Source: Octopus sinensis
Taxonomy: Eukaryota
Assembly: GCF_006345805.1 (NCBI RefSeq)
Contig: NC_043006.1
Location: 24,676,001-24,740,000 of the forward strand
Direction: 5' to 3'
Length of the DNA: 64,000 nt
Below are positions 49,960 through 62,767 of this stretch, piece by piece (positions within the stretch are counted from its first letter, which is position 1; every line of letters starts with the position of its first letter). A program made the position numbers and the translations under genes. The notes under the pieces were generated by a model. That model worked only from the letters and a program-made list of their open reading frames with translations. It was not told where the DNA came from and searched no databases.

Positions 49960-51110
49960 GGGATTTGCTATTTTTCCTCTTACATGGTTACCACCCACTT
50001 TCAGTGATCAGCACTTCTTTATACCACTGTCCTCATTCATATACATCACATCTCCAAACCAACATAGTCTTCTCTCTTGCATGCTACATTTGATTCCTCT
50101 TATGCCCAACTTTTCTATCAACATATTTACACTTTGCTGTACATGTGCATTGATGTTGCACATCCAACAGAGCATACTATCTTCATTTCTCTCCAGTCTA
50201 CACATGTCTTCTGCATTCTGAGCCCATGTCTCACTACTACGGAGTATAACTGTTCGCTCACAAGCACCAAATAGTCTAGTTTTCACTCTGAGAGTGTCCT
50301 TTTGTTGCCAACAGAGGTAATAGCTCTCTGCACTTCCTTCACCCAATTCTTAATCTAGAAACAATACTTTCAGAACATCCTCCATCATAGCTATTTTGGT
50401 TACCTAGGTAACAGAAACTACCTACAACCTCAAGAGAGCCTCCTGGGCATTTGAGAGAATGTGTGTCCCGTGTGCTCTTAGTGCTTATTGTTCCTGTACA
50501 TCTGCCACATATAAAACGACTTTATCTGTTAATCTACCTGTAATTCCACTGCACCTCTTATGTGTCCATACACTGGGTGCAATGAATGGAATTTCTTCCA
50601 ACTCCTTTCATACATATTGAGCAGGGCCATTTACCTTGATGGAAAGAGAGTTTTATCTTCTTTCTTACTAACAACAACTTCAGTCCAAGAAAGTCCTTTG
50701 ATTTCGGGTTTTGTTTCCATACCTGGAATTTTTTCTCTAATTCTGCTAAAGATTCTGCAATAAGAGCAAGGCCATCAATCAGCATATAGCAGTTCCCGCA
50801 GGCACCCAGTTTTGAATTCCCATATTATGGCTTGGAGGATTATAATTAATAAGAGTGAGCTGAGAACCGAGCCCTAGTGAACCCTACCTCTATGCTAAAT
50901 TCCTCACTGAATTCATGGCCGACTCTCACCTTACTGACAGCACCACTATACATGGCTTCTACAGCTCTAACAAGCCATTTCTCTACTCCTAACTTCCTTT
51001 GAGACTGCCATTTAACTGAGTGGGGAACTCTGCTGAAAGCTTTCTCTAGGTGACGAAGGCTAAGTACAATAGCTTACTATTTTCCACCATCCTGGTTCCT
51101 CTTTTTGCCC
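49960..51110 (-). mobile_element. Old RTE LINE fragment (same PHD-bearing family); another at 53040-53950
   Basis: GKWPCSICMKGVGRNSIHC, ERRLCWFGDV. Confidence 0.8.
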
Positions 51111-51149
51111 TTTCCTTTTCATGGAAGATCTGAGTCTATTTGCTATCTC

Positions 51150-51530
51150 TAGAAGTGCTTCTTTATGTAGGGATTTTTTGCGTATTTATTTAAGTGATTC
51201 GTGATCTTTGTTCTCTGTTTCATAAGGACTCTCTTGTCTTGATTTTGTATATTGTTGCTCTTTTGTATGATGCTTTTGAATGTTGTTGTTCTCTTCTCTG
51301 GGACAAATTTAATGCATATAGCTTGCATTATTGACATAAATTCTTTAAGTTTCATATCAATGTTTGGCATAGAGAGCCAATTTTGCTGGATAATCCGTTT
51401 TTCAATTGACTTCCAGTCAGCCTTGCAGAAGTTCAGACTTGATAGAGTTTGGGTGCCATCTGTGTGAAGTACAACTGAATTGAAATTGTTTTTTACTTGG
51501 AAACCAAGGCAAAGAAAATAAATGCAAGTA
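51150..51530 (-). mobile_element. CR1-like LINE EN-RT linker relic
   Basis: LNFCKADWKSI..QNW. Confidence 0.5.
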
Positions 51531-51559
51531 TGACAGTATAAATTGATAGAAAGTGCTTG

Positions 51560-52120
51560 TGCATTCCTTTTTAAATTACTTTTGAACATTGTAGTAAGAA
51601 TCCATTGGTCTCGAGAAATCATGTCAGCTGCTGATGGTGGTGCATCATCTGTTGTGGCTGTACAGGTCCACACAAGAGTGGCAGTCTCACATACAACGAC
51701 TGTATTTGAAGGAGTTCTCTGCTAGTACTGTTGATTTTTCCTTCTGTCGAGTGCACTTTTCTTTGATGGCAAGTACCTGTTTTCTTCCACTCTTTTCATT
51801 CCCTTTTGCAGTTTTTACCTCCAGTGTGGGCAATCATTTGCAACCTCCTCCTATCTCAAGACATCCAGATCAAGTGACTTCATATCTCTCTTACAGACAT
51901 CTTTGAAATGGAGATGAGGTCATCCTTGTGCACTTGCGCCAGTAGCCAATTCCCCATACAGGAGATCTTTTGGGATCCTTCTGTCTGGTATGCAATGAAC
52001 ATGACTGAGCCAGCACAAACGATGCTGCTGGAGCAAGATGTGTATACTGGGTATTTTGACTTGGTTGAGGACTTCAGTGTTGGTGATATGGTTGGTCCAC
52101 TTGATATAATAAAGGTATTG
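51560..52120 (-). mobile_element. RTE-BovB-like LINE 3' end
   Basis: ITNTEVL..IPSIHILL..RIPKDLLYGELATG..FKDVCKRDMK. Confidence 0.75.
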
Positions 52121-55029
52121 CTATATAATTTGACATCATATATGTTATAGCATGTTATGAAAAATTTAAACATTTTTAGTTAATGTAAATGAGGTGATTG
52201 AGGATTTGGGGGTAAATGTGGCACTGCTATTTTACCTGTTTTTTTATAGACAAGTAAACAATTTTGCCACAACCCACTTACTAATGGTGCATATTCACAA
52301 TATTATGACAGCATATGAAACACTTCCCAGAGAAGTTTTGTATGCAATGCCACATTCATTATTTTATAAAGTTAGTGGATCTAATGGAATAAAGTTATAA
52401 ACTGCAATTTGCCATCCTTTGTCATTGTGTATAAAAACGAGAAAAAAGCAGATCTCAGAATATGAAAATGATGTTAAGTATGAAAGTATATCAATCATCT
52501 CAACCAATTTTAAAACTATGATAATAGAGCATCGTGTACATCATCAATTCATTTCATGTGTTTATGTCAATACACGGACCTGGCCAGATAAAATTCAAGA
52601 GTACTTATGCAAGCACTGGGCTGATATATAGAATCTACTTTGAGTAGTGGTTTACTGCAAAATAAGCAAGGTATGTTATTGAAATATATCTTGACTATGA
52701 TAATGTTATGCAGTCGAGAAGTATTTCTGGTGGATATAAATCAATTCTTTGTCTTGCAAAACAATATATTAATGACTCTGCAAGTTCAGATTCATTATAA
52801 AAAAAAATATTGCCCAAACCCATTTATGGTTGTACAGATAAGTACTTTATTAGCAGTTGCGTAAAATAAAAAGAGGAAAGGATAAGGCATGCAGGATTCT
52901 TCAAATGTTGTACCATGCAGAAAATTCTTCAAAATGGGATCATATTCTGCATATTGATGAGCCAACTATAATTTTAGAAAAATAAATATTTTTAGGACCT
53001 CATATTTGCCTTTATTAATGTGTCTTCTTACGTACAATAAATTATCAATCATCTTAGTCCTTTGTCATCTTTTCTATGAGGTACAGTGTCTCGAGATCAG
53101 CTTTCACTATTTTGTCCCATGTCTTCCTGGGTCTTCCCTTTTCCACAAGTTCCATCCACTTCATGTGAATGCCACTTCTTTATGCAGCTGTCCTCATTGA
53201 TATGTACCGGATGGTGGGGCCAGTATTCATCTCTCTTGCACACTATATGATTCCTCTTATATCTAATTTTTCTCTCAGTACATTAGCACTATGTTATACA
53301 TGCACATAGACATTGCACATCCAACCAAGTATGCTAGCTTCATTCTTCTGCATTCAGGGCCCATGTTTCACTACCAAATAGCATTTCAGTTCCAGTTTCA
53401 CTACCATATAATCTGCTTTAGAGATGTTTTGTTACAAACAAAGGTAATAGTTCTCTGAGCTTTCTTCATTCTTTTCTTATTGTAGCAACTAAACTTTCAG
53501 AATATCTTCCACTACTGCTAATTAGATCAAACCAGGTAACAGAAACTATCTATCCCCTCCAGAGAGCCTTCAGAGCATTCAAGAAGATCTAGTTCCCCTG
53601 TGTCCTTAGTATTAGTTGGTCTTGTGCATCTTTTACACAACTTTTTCCATTAATTTTCATGTAATTTTGCTGCACCTCTTGTGTCTATCACTTGCACTTA
53701 TGCTTTTCCTACATATCAAATATGGCCATTTACCTAAAGTGGGTAGCATCCAGTCTGTTTTCTTACTTAGTAGACCCTTGGTCTTTGCTGGTTAACTTTA
53801 AGGCAGTTTTAACACTATTTCTTACTCTATGCATTTGTACTTCCTCTTCTTATGTCTCGTTTCTTTTTGTTTATATTAAGGAAAAGCCTGTTCCTTAAAT
53901 TTCTATCAAGCACTTTAACTTAATTGATACGAAGTGAGATATCTTTACTTTTACTGACCAAACCAATCTAACCCTGTTCAGTTTTGGCCTTTCATACATT
54001 GTATATATATATAAAGGGAATTTTGTGTGTATATTTAGAGTTGTATTATTGGTGTAACCATGATGTTCTGGTGATCTGATGAGCTGGCTTTCTTTATTTG
54101 CATTAATTTGTGAATATAGAATTGTATAATGCTGAGCATACTTATTAATGCAACATATACGTACGATTTCTTTCATACTGAAATTAATATGACATGAAGA
54201 AGGTTGCAAAATAGTCATAATGTTATGGTAGTCACATAAATAAACAAATATATATTCCCCCTTTACAGCTCCTGTCTTTATGGTTTCATGTGTGTGTGTG
54301 CGAAACCAAAAAAAAAAAACTCAAGCAACTTATGAAGATAATTTCATAATGATTGAGTTTCACTAACATTTGTATCTAAATTACCTCATCATCATAACTT
54401 TAAAGTCCAAATAATATTTATTTTTGCTGTCCTGTTGATGTAACACTATATAAACCTGTTAGTATCAAATTCTTGCACTACCCTAAATAGAACTACCTAT
54501 TAAATCTACAAGTATGTCTTTATTTTTGATCTTATTTATCTATGTATCTATGATATTTTATTCCTTATAGAAGAAGTAATTTAAACATGTAATCTAATAT
54601 AAAGATATTCATTCTGGATGAAAAACCATCAGAAATAGGATTGCTTTTACTACATGTGTAAAGACATTCACCCATACAAACACATATGCACAAACATATC
54701 CAACACACACTGAAAATTGATATGTGAAATTTCCTGTATATTACTACTCATGTTTTATAAAGGTAAATAACCAAGTAACTTATGTTCACTAGTTTCTTGT
54801 AGATGCCATGACCAAGGTCGTGATGAGTGCTGCATTCAACATGATATTAGAAAATACCTTTTCCATAAAATTAGATAAATCTTTGAGGATATTTGGATAT
54901 TTTTCTTAATCTCCTATTACTTCTTAAACAAGAATGACATATATTCACCTTTAAAAAGAAATGAATAGAAAATTTGCATATTCTGCTCAGAATATTAGAT
55001 TACATATGTACAACACACATTGATGTATA

Positions 55030-55200
55030 CACAATACAAATGCATGCATGCATGCATACATACATACATACATACATACATACATACATACAAACATACA
55101 TACACACATGCACATACATACATACATACACACATGCACATACATACATACACACATGCACATACATACATACATATATATATATATATTAGTAAAGCAT
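55030..55200. repeat. (CATA)n/(CA)n compound microsatellite (one of many; also 32400-33030, 56231-56257, 56480-56531, 60030-60170, 62460-62765)
   Basis: Direct reading. Confidence 0.95.
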
Positions 55201-56226
55201 GTATACATTCTCATTCATGGGTATACCTGTGCTGATGCACTCATATGCATCAGCATACATCCTCTTAATCATATATGTATATAAACATATAAACATTGGT
55301 GTGTGTGTACATAGATACCTCAGTGTACTAAAAGCTTTTATGATCTTTCTCATACAGAGGTATGCATTGCCAAACCCATACATGTGCAGTAATAATCCCT
55401 GCAAAATGCATACATAGAAAAATATGTATACAGACACACACATAAATACACATATACCTACCGTACATACATGCACACACACACATAATCATGTGCAATA
55501 TCCTATATTCTCACTCATACACATATCAATTTAACCCCTCCCAAACACATGCATGTTTTTTTGTTTTTTTTTGTGGGGGAGATTCCATTCTGTAAGCAAG
55601 GAGATAAATGCCAGCCATTGAAACCTTTAGCTGAGGTTAGTTGCTATTTTCAACAATCACATTGTAAATAGCATAAAGACTACTACTGAGAGTGTTATAT
55701 TTTCCTTACTTTTATTCCTGCTATGAAAATCCTTACATGATCACCTTCACTCTATGTGAATTCTGGAGTTTTTCCTTGCCACAACAACTGCATTAATTTT
55801 GGCAAAATTCCTTTGTTTTCCAAACACAAAAGTAAGTTAAGCTTTTCAGCTTGGTACAATCTTAGGAATTCGGTAGAAGCTTCTCACTTCTTTTTATACT
55901 TTAGACTGAATAATCATGATTTTGAAATAAGCAGATACCGGCAAGATTACTGTTGTTGAGACTAATAAATGTTTTAATGATTTGGGTTAGTTAGTTAAAA
56001 AGCAAAGTGGGAAAAGAGAGCTGATGTGCTCTTGTGCTGGGCTGAATTGTTGCTACTGATGACTGATCATATTAATTGGTAAGTGGTTTGTTTACCATTT
56101 TGTTTTCTTAAAATATAATTAGATATATCATTTTGGAGAGAAATGGTACTTTTTTTTCTGCAAAGTGTGAGTGTTTGTTATACCTAATAGTGATAACTTG
56201 TCTCTATTATATTTACACTCAGTCAG

Positions 56227-56261
<35 letters not shown>

Positions 56262-56482
56262 AAATATTAGGGAATAAATCCGAACTTATAGGGAAAAATC
56301 AGATTTAGGATTAAATCCAATTTTATAGTATAAATATATTATATTATATTATATTAAATTAGAGATAAAACCACTATTAGGCAAATCAAACAATGAAAAA
56401 CATAAGCCAATACATAAAATTAATTAATTTATATTATTTTAAATATATATATCAAAAGTATTAAAAATTTAATAAAAGATAT

Positions 56483-56536
<54 letters not shown>

Positions 56537-56612
56537 ATCCAAACATGAAAACACAACAACGCAAGGACATGGAACAAGTATAGTATTATTGAATGCTCAG
56601 GAAAGAAGGAAG

Positions 56613-56647
56613 GCTTAACGTTTCGAGCAGAGCTCTTCGTCAGAAAC
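56613..56647 (-). ncRNA. Minimal type I hammerhead motif, second family, intact core
   Basis: GUUU-CUGACGA-A-GAGC(UCU)GCUC-GAAA-C-GUU/AAGC. Confidence 0.7.
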
Positions 56648-57055
56648 ATAGGAAAAGGAAAGATCCAAAGAAGGGAAGACGGAGGAAAAAAAAATTACTA
56701 ACAGTACACACACGATCACCAACTAAGGGATAATATCTACCCAATACACTGCTTGTAGAATACCCAATTATTAATACACAAGTGTTTTTTATTGCACGGC
56801 AATTACATTACTGAATGTAATAAATGGGAGAGGGTAAAAAGTTGTTTTACCCTTAATTTATATGGCAATAAAAAAATGGAGGGGATCAAGAGGTGGTATT
56901 CATCAACTTTTAGACATTATATTATGTCTATTTATTTATTTAAAAAAAATAATTGTAATAATATACATACATATATAACAGATTATGCTTTATATATATA
57001 AAAATACCAGTAATTATTAAAATATATAACGTAGAACATGGAAAGTAGAATTGTT

Positions 57056-57167
57056 TCTTACAGCTGTTACAGCTGTACCCCACTTTACTTCCATCCCTTC
57101 AGTGAACTGAGGTATTTGGTAGATAAAATCAAGGTATTTGGGTGAGCCTCTGGGCTTCGTCAGAGAG
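57056..57167 (-). ncRNA. Hammerhead-like motif with long stem II insert and one core mismatch
   Basis: CUCU-CUGACGA-AGC..(about 80 nt)..GCU-GUAAC-AGCU-GUA/AGA; palindromic ACAGCUGU stem III. Confidence 0.4.
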
Positions 57168-57224
57168 TTCAGAAAGTTCATAAGGTTAAGTTATAAATAT
57201 AAATACATATCCATATATTTATAT

Positions 57225-57777
57225 ATGTAGAGTAGCCGAACCGAGCAGGCGTCGCTACTGACTGTCTGTTTGAAGGATTATTTACCTAAACTTCAGTGGA
57301 ATAGATCCACTGGTTTTCAAAAAGAGAAATATTAATATTTTTAAGTCTCTCTAAAGGAGACTCTGGCAGCGGTATTGGATATTAATAATTATCGCCAAGC
57401 TAACATGACAGTCCAGAAAAATAGGATGAATGCTGCCGTAGCCTCCTTTAGAAAGACTTAGAAATATTAATATTTCTATTTTTGAAAACCAGTGGATGTA
57501 TTCCACTGAATTTTAGGTAAATAATCCTTCGAACAGACAGTCAGTAGCGACGCCTGCTGGGATTGGTTACTCTACATTGATAAGGGGCAAATACCCTGAA
57601 ACTAGCCTGTAGATGCCAGGCCAGCAAGGGGAAGCGGCTGACCTCCCTTGTTCGAAGTTTATAATGGACTCAGGTTTGTGTCACATAGCTAGCTAGAGGT
57701 GATGGCCTCTTGGAGCTAATCAACGGCAGCATTCGTCCTATTTCTCTGGACTGCCATGTTAGCTTGGCGATAATTAT
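57225..57777. repeat. Nested inverted repeats (57225-57370 vs 57432-57577; 57386-57437 vs 57725-57777), Penelope-like pseudo-LTR structure
   Basis: About 145-bp arms at roughly 90% identity; degenerate HHR at 57571-57613. Confidence 0.8.
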
Positions 57778-57850
57778 ATATATGTATGTGTGTGTATATA
57801 TATATATATATTTATATATGTATATATATATATGTGTGCGTGTATATATC

Positions 57851-58985
57851 ATCATCATCATCACCATTTAGCGTCCGCTTTCCATGCTAGCATGGGTTGG
57901 ACGGTTCAACTGGGGTCTGTGAAGCCAGAAGGCTGCATCAGGCCCAGTCTGATCTGGCAGTATTTCTATGGCTGGATGCCCTTCCTAATGCCAACCACTC
58001 CGTGAGTGTAGTGGGTGCTTTTTACGTGCCACCCGCACAGGAGCCAGACAGAGCTGGCAAACGGCCACGGACGGATGGTGCTTTTTACATGCCACCGGCA
58101 CGGGGCCCAGGCGAGGCTGGCAACGGCCACGATCGGATGGTTCGCTTACTTGTCACCGGCACTGGTCCACAGCTGCAATTTTCATTGATGTTGATCGACT
58201 TCGATTTTGGTTCTTCTTTCTGATATCTGATTTGATTTGGTTTGATTTTGATTTTTATTTTCACTTGCCTCAACGGGTCTTCAGAAGTGGAGTTTTGTGT
58301 CCCAAGAAGGAAAGGTATGTAGGCCACAGGTTATGTTCTCACTAGTCTTGCCAGGTCTTCTCACGCACAGCATACTTCCATAGGTCTCGGTCTCTAGCCA
58401 TTTCCTTGGTGAGACCTAAAGTTCGAAGGTCGTGCTTCACCACCTCGTCCCAGGTTTCCCTGGGTCTACCTCTTCCACAGGTTCCCTCAACTGCTAGGGT
58501 GTGGCACTTTTGCACACAACTATCTTCAGTCATTCTCATCACATGACCATACCAGTGCAAACGTCTCTCTTGCACACCACAACTGATACTTCTTCGGTCC
58601 AGCTTTTCTCTCAAGGTACTTACACTCTGTCGATTATGAACACTGAGATTACTCATCCATCGGAGCATACTGGCTTCATTTCTTGTGAGCTTACGCATAT
58701 CCTCAGCAGTCACAGCCCATGTTTCACTACCATGTAGCATGGCTGTATGTACACATGCATCATACAGTCTACCTTTTACTCTGAGCGAGAGGCCTTTTGT
58801 CACCAGCAGGGGTAAGAGCTCTCTAAACTTTGCCCAGGCTATTCTTACTCTAGCAGTTATACTTTCAGTACACCCACCCCCTGCAACTGACCTGGTCACC
58901 TAGGTAGCGGAAGCTATCAACTATTTCTAGTTTTTCTCCCTGGAACGTACGTGGTAGAAGTTGGTCTCTGCACATTTTCAGTGTT
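57851..58985 (-). mobile_element. 5'-truncated RTE LINE
   Basis: ORF 58342-58899 near-identical to the C-terminus of 23520-24914; 3'UTR and (GAT)n. Confidence 0.9.
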
Positions 58986-59025
58986 TATTGCTCCTGAGCA
59001 TCTGCCACAGACATATATATATATG

Positions 59026-59057
<32 letters not shown>

Positions 59058-59219
59058 CTCTTTTACTTGCTTCAGTCATTTGACTGTGGCCATGCTGGAG
59101 CACCACCTTTTAGTTGAGCAAATCGACCCCAGGACTTATTCTTTATAAGCCTAGTACTTATTCTATCGGTCTCTTTTGCTGAACCACTAAGTTATGGGGA
59201 AGTAAACACGCCAGCAAAT

Positions 59220-59252
<33 letters not shown>

Positions 59253-60027
59253 CATATACATGTACAATTTTAAGTTGAGATTGTTAACTTTTACAATGCT
59301 CAAATGCAGGCTAGAATTAAAGTGCTCTAATTGAGCTAAGTTCCAATTTATGATTTCAATGGAGGCAATACCGGCGGAAAACTAGAAGAACATGACCTAT
59401 TATCCAATAGAACATTCAATATATGTGCATATACATATACATGACGGGCTTCTTTCAGTTTCTGTCTACCAAATCCACTCACAAGGCTTTGGTTGGCCCT
59501 AGGCTATAGTAGAAGACACTTGCCAAAGGTGTCATGCAGTGGGACTGAACCCGGAATCATGTGGTTGGTAAGCAAGCTACTTACCACACAGCCACTCCTG
59601 CACCTATATATATATATATACACACATGCATATATATATATTTACGTACAAACATACCCATAGGCACAGTTCATGTAAAATATTTATGTAATGCAGCATG
59701 AAAATTTTAATTTTAATTTTAATGCATTAATTGGCTTATATTTCGTATATAATTATTTACAATATGCATTTTGAATCTACTCTTCGATTTAAGGTGTTCT
59801 TTAATTTTACAATAGGATGAAATTATATTAATTTATTTTGTTCACTGCATGCTTAAGACCATTAATTGAAAGGGCCAATGAAACAAATCCATTTTTAAAG
59901 GTGTATCCATTAACTAGTTTTGATTATATCATTATTTCTGTTCCATTTTAACAAAACTGTCTGACGAATGGGAATGTGAAACTCTAAGTAACAGCCTTTG
60001 TTATATTTCTGCTGCTTTTAAATAAAG

Positions 60028-60058
<31 letters not shown>

Positions 60059-60059
60059 T

Positions 60060-60101
<42 letters not shown>

Positions 60102-61861
60102 TTTGTGTGCGTGTATATATATATATGTGTGTGTAGATATATATATATACACACACACATACATATATATTATTTATTATTATTATTTAATTGAATGCCA
60201 TGCAGCCATTTCCAAGTAAGTTTATCTTAACCTTTTTGATGCAACTCTATACTGTTTTCTTCCTCCATTCTTCTTGAATTCCTTTTCTCACTCACCCTCT
60301 TTCACCGTTTTCTATCTGCCTCTCTCTCTCTCCCCTCTTTCTCTTTTACTCTCTCTCATTGCTCACACATGACCATCGTCCATCTTTCTTTTTCATATGT
60401 GACCAACTTTCTTTTCCTTCATGGACGTGCAAAAGACTAGATTTTTTTTTCTCCCTCTTCTATCTTTTCTCTTTTCAAAAAAAATATTTCTCCCAGCATT
60501 TGCTATTTTCCTCTCAATCTGGTCTAACGCCCTCCATGTTTGTTTTCGTTCGGTTTCCTTGTATGTTTCCACTGTCCTGTTTTTGTTCCCAAATTTGACA
60601 CTTGATAAATCCTAAATTTTCAGAATTTATGGGAGCAACTGTCTATGAAGACTAATATTGTCGTTGAATGCTCGAAATGAGGAGTAGATAGACAGCTGTC
60701 AACGGATGAAAGGTCCTTTTTCTGTGTTTACTTGTCTTTTTTCCATTTTTTTTCTCTCGTTGTTTACATATTTCATGTTTCTTGCACAGTTAGTGACATC
60801 CTGTATCCTTATATGCATATATATATATATATATATACTATACACACACACACACATATATATACATTTTGAAAGTTGAATTAGAGATTAAATAATCCTC
60901 ATTATAGGATAATAATATCCAATGAATTTACTGGTTTCTTACGTATTATTTATTTTAAATATTAGATTTAATATTCAAAATAGGTAATTAAATATACTGA
61001 GATTTATATTTACTTAAGAAAAATAAGAAAATAGAGATAAATCTATCAATAATTATATTTATTAATCACAAAAATAGACATAATCTCTGACTTAGGAAAT
61101 TAATTAAAATAATTAAACCATTATAAATTTGGATCTTGTCAGAGGAAGAAGAAGATATACCATTACAGTTTTATATTTTTATGCATTTGTATGGAGCATT
61201 TCGGCTCTGTAGAAAAACATATAGAAAAACTTAGTATCTGTATATCTATAAAAGGCAGGATGTGTGTGTATGTACACAAATGTAATTTATGCATGTCCAC
61301 AAATTAGCATGCATGTTGCAAATATGGAAAATGAGAATGGTATATATCAATAAGATGAAGACATAGAGGAAAGGAGTAAAAGAATAAGGAGATGGAAAGA
61401 AAGAAGCAAAAAGAAGCATAAAAGTTCATAGTTCAACTTACTGAAGTTATAGAAGCCAGTACATGAGTCCTTAGGTGCAATCCTGCATAGATCCATGAAT
61501 GTAAGTCTTTAGGTGCCATCCTGCACATACCCATGTGGGTTAAAGTCCTGATATTGTAGACGTGAACATATCAACGTTCAATAACAGAATGGTAGCGAAG
61601 GTAGCTATTAATTGCTAAAAGTAAAGAAAAGAAAATAGAAAGAAAGATAGATAGAGTGAGGTAAGGGGGATTTTGAGGATTGTATGTATAAATATAGAGG
61701 CGCAGGCATGACAGTGTAGTAAGAAGCTTGCTTCCCAACCACATAATCTGGGTTCAGTCCCTCTGCATGGCACCTTGGCTAAGTGTCAGGCCAACAAAAG
61801 CCTTGTGAGTGGATTTGGTAAACGGAAACTGAAAGAAGCCAATCATATATATATATATATA

Positions 61862-62249
61862 TCTTCTCTATATATAAACGGCAGTTTGTCTGTGCGTGTT
61901 TCTGTGTGTCTGTTTTCTCGTACCCTCACCCTGACCACGGCTTTCAACCGATTCTGATGAAACTTGACACACGCATAGCCCAATGTCATAATTCAAAACT
62001 AACGCAGCGAAAATTTTGAAAAGTTCCCCCAGTTCTGAAAAAAATCGATAAATTCGACATGGGGTCGAGAATAAAAAAAAACAAACCACAGACTGTCTAG
62101 GGGACGCAACTCAACCTTTTTTTACTCTCAAAAAAAAATTTACCATAATTTTTTTTCCATTTTTTTGCTATTTTTTGGCTATAACTCTCTAAAGATGCTT
62201 TATAGTTATTTCCCTTACAAGCCTGAGCAACGCCGGGCGATACTGCTAG
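61862..62249 (+). mobile_element. Non-autonomous Helitron inserted in the (TA)n linker of a SINE
   Basis: A|TC 5' end, subterminal hairpin cctgagcaacgccggg, CTAG|T 3' end. Confidence 0.8.
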
Positions 62250-62494
62250 TATATATATATATATATATATGTTTGTCCTCCCACCATCACTTGACAACCA
62301 ATGTCGGTGTGTTTATGTCCCTGTAACTTAGCGGTTTGGCAAAAGAGACCGATAAAATAAGTACCAGGCTTACAAAGAATAAGTCCTGGGGTCGATTTCT
62401 TTGACTAAAAGCAGTGCTCCAGCATGACTGTAGTCAAATGACTGCAACAAATGAAAGAATATATTATATATGTGTGTGTGTGTGTGTGTGTATG

Positions 62495-62540
<46 letters not shown>

Positions 62541-62617
62541 TCTATATATATATGCATATATGTATATGTATATATATATATGGCAAATGAAAAACGGAAG
62601 AAGTATATATATATATA

Positions 62618-62679
<62 letters not shown>

Positions 62680-62767
62680 ATATACATACATACATACATA
62701 TATATACACACACACACATATATGGCAAATGAAAAACGGAAGAAGTATATATATATATGTATATATA

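Noticed and set aside
54060-54100. CTGATGA-GC hammerhead or C/D snoRNA boxes
   Set aside because: No downstream GAAA or stems; C-to-D spacing is too short and there is no terminal stem.
55756-55959. 67-aa ORF ending in CC (prenylation-like)
   Set aside because: GTG start, no homology recognised, and nearby splice sites do not keep the frame.
61100-61160. Minus-strand CTGACAA-GATC as another HHR
   Set aside because: Core mutated and second half-core not identifiable; possibly a PLE relic but unsupported.
61954-61966. CTGATGA-AAC as a hammerhead core
   Set aside because: No stem II or GAAA partner; it is part of the Helitron internal ccgattctgatgaaacttg motif.
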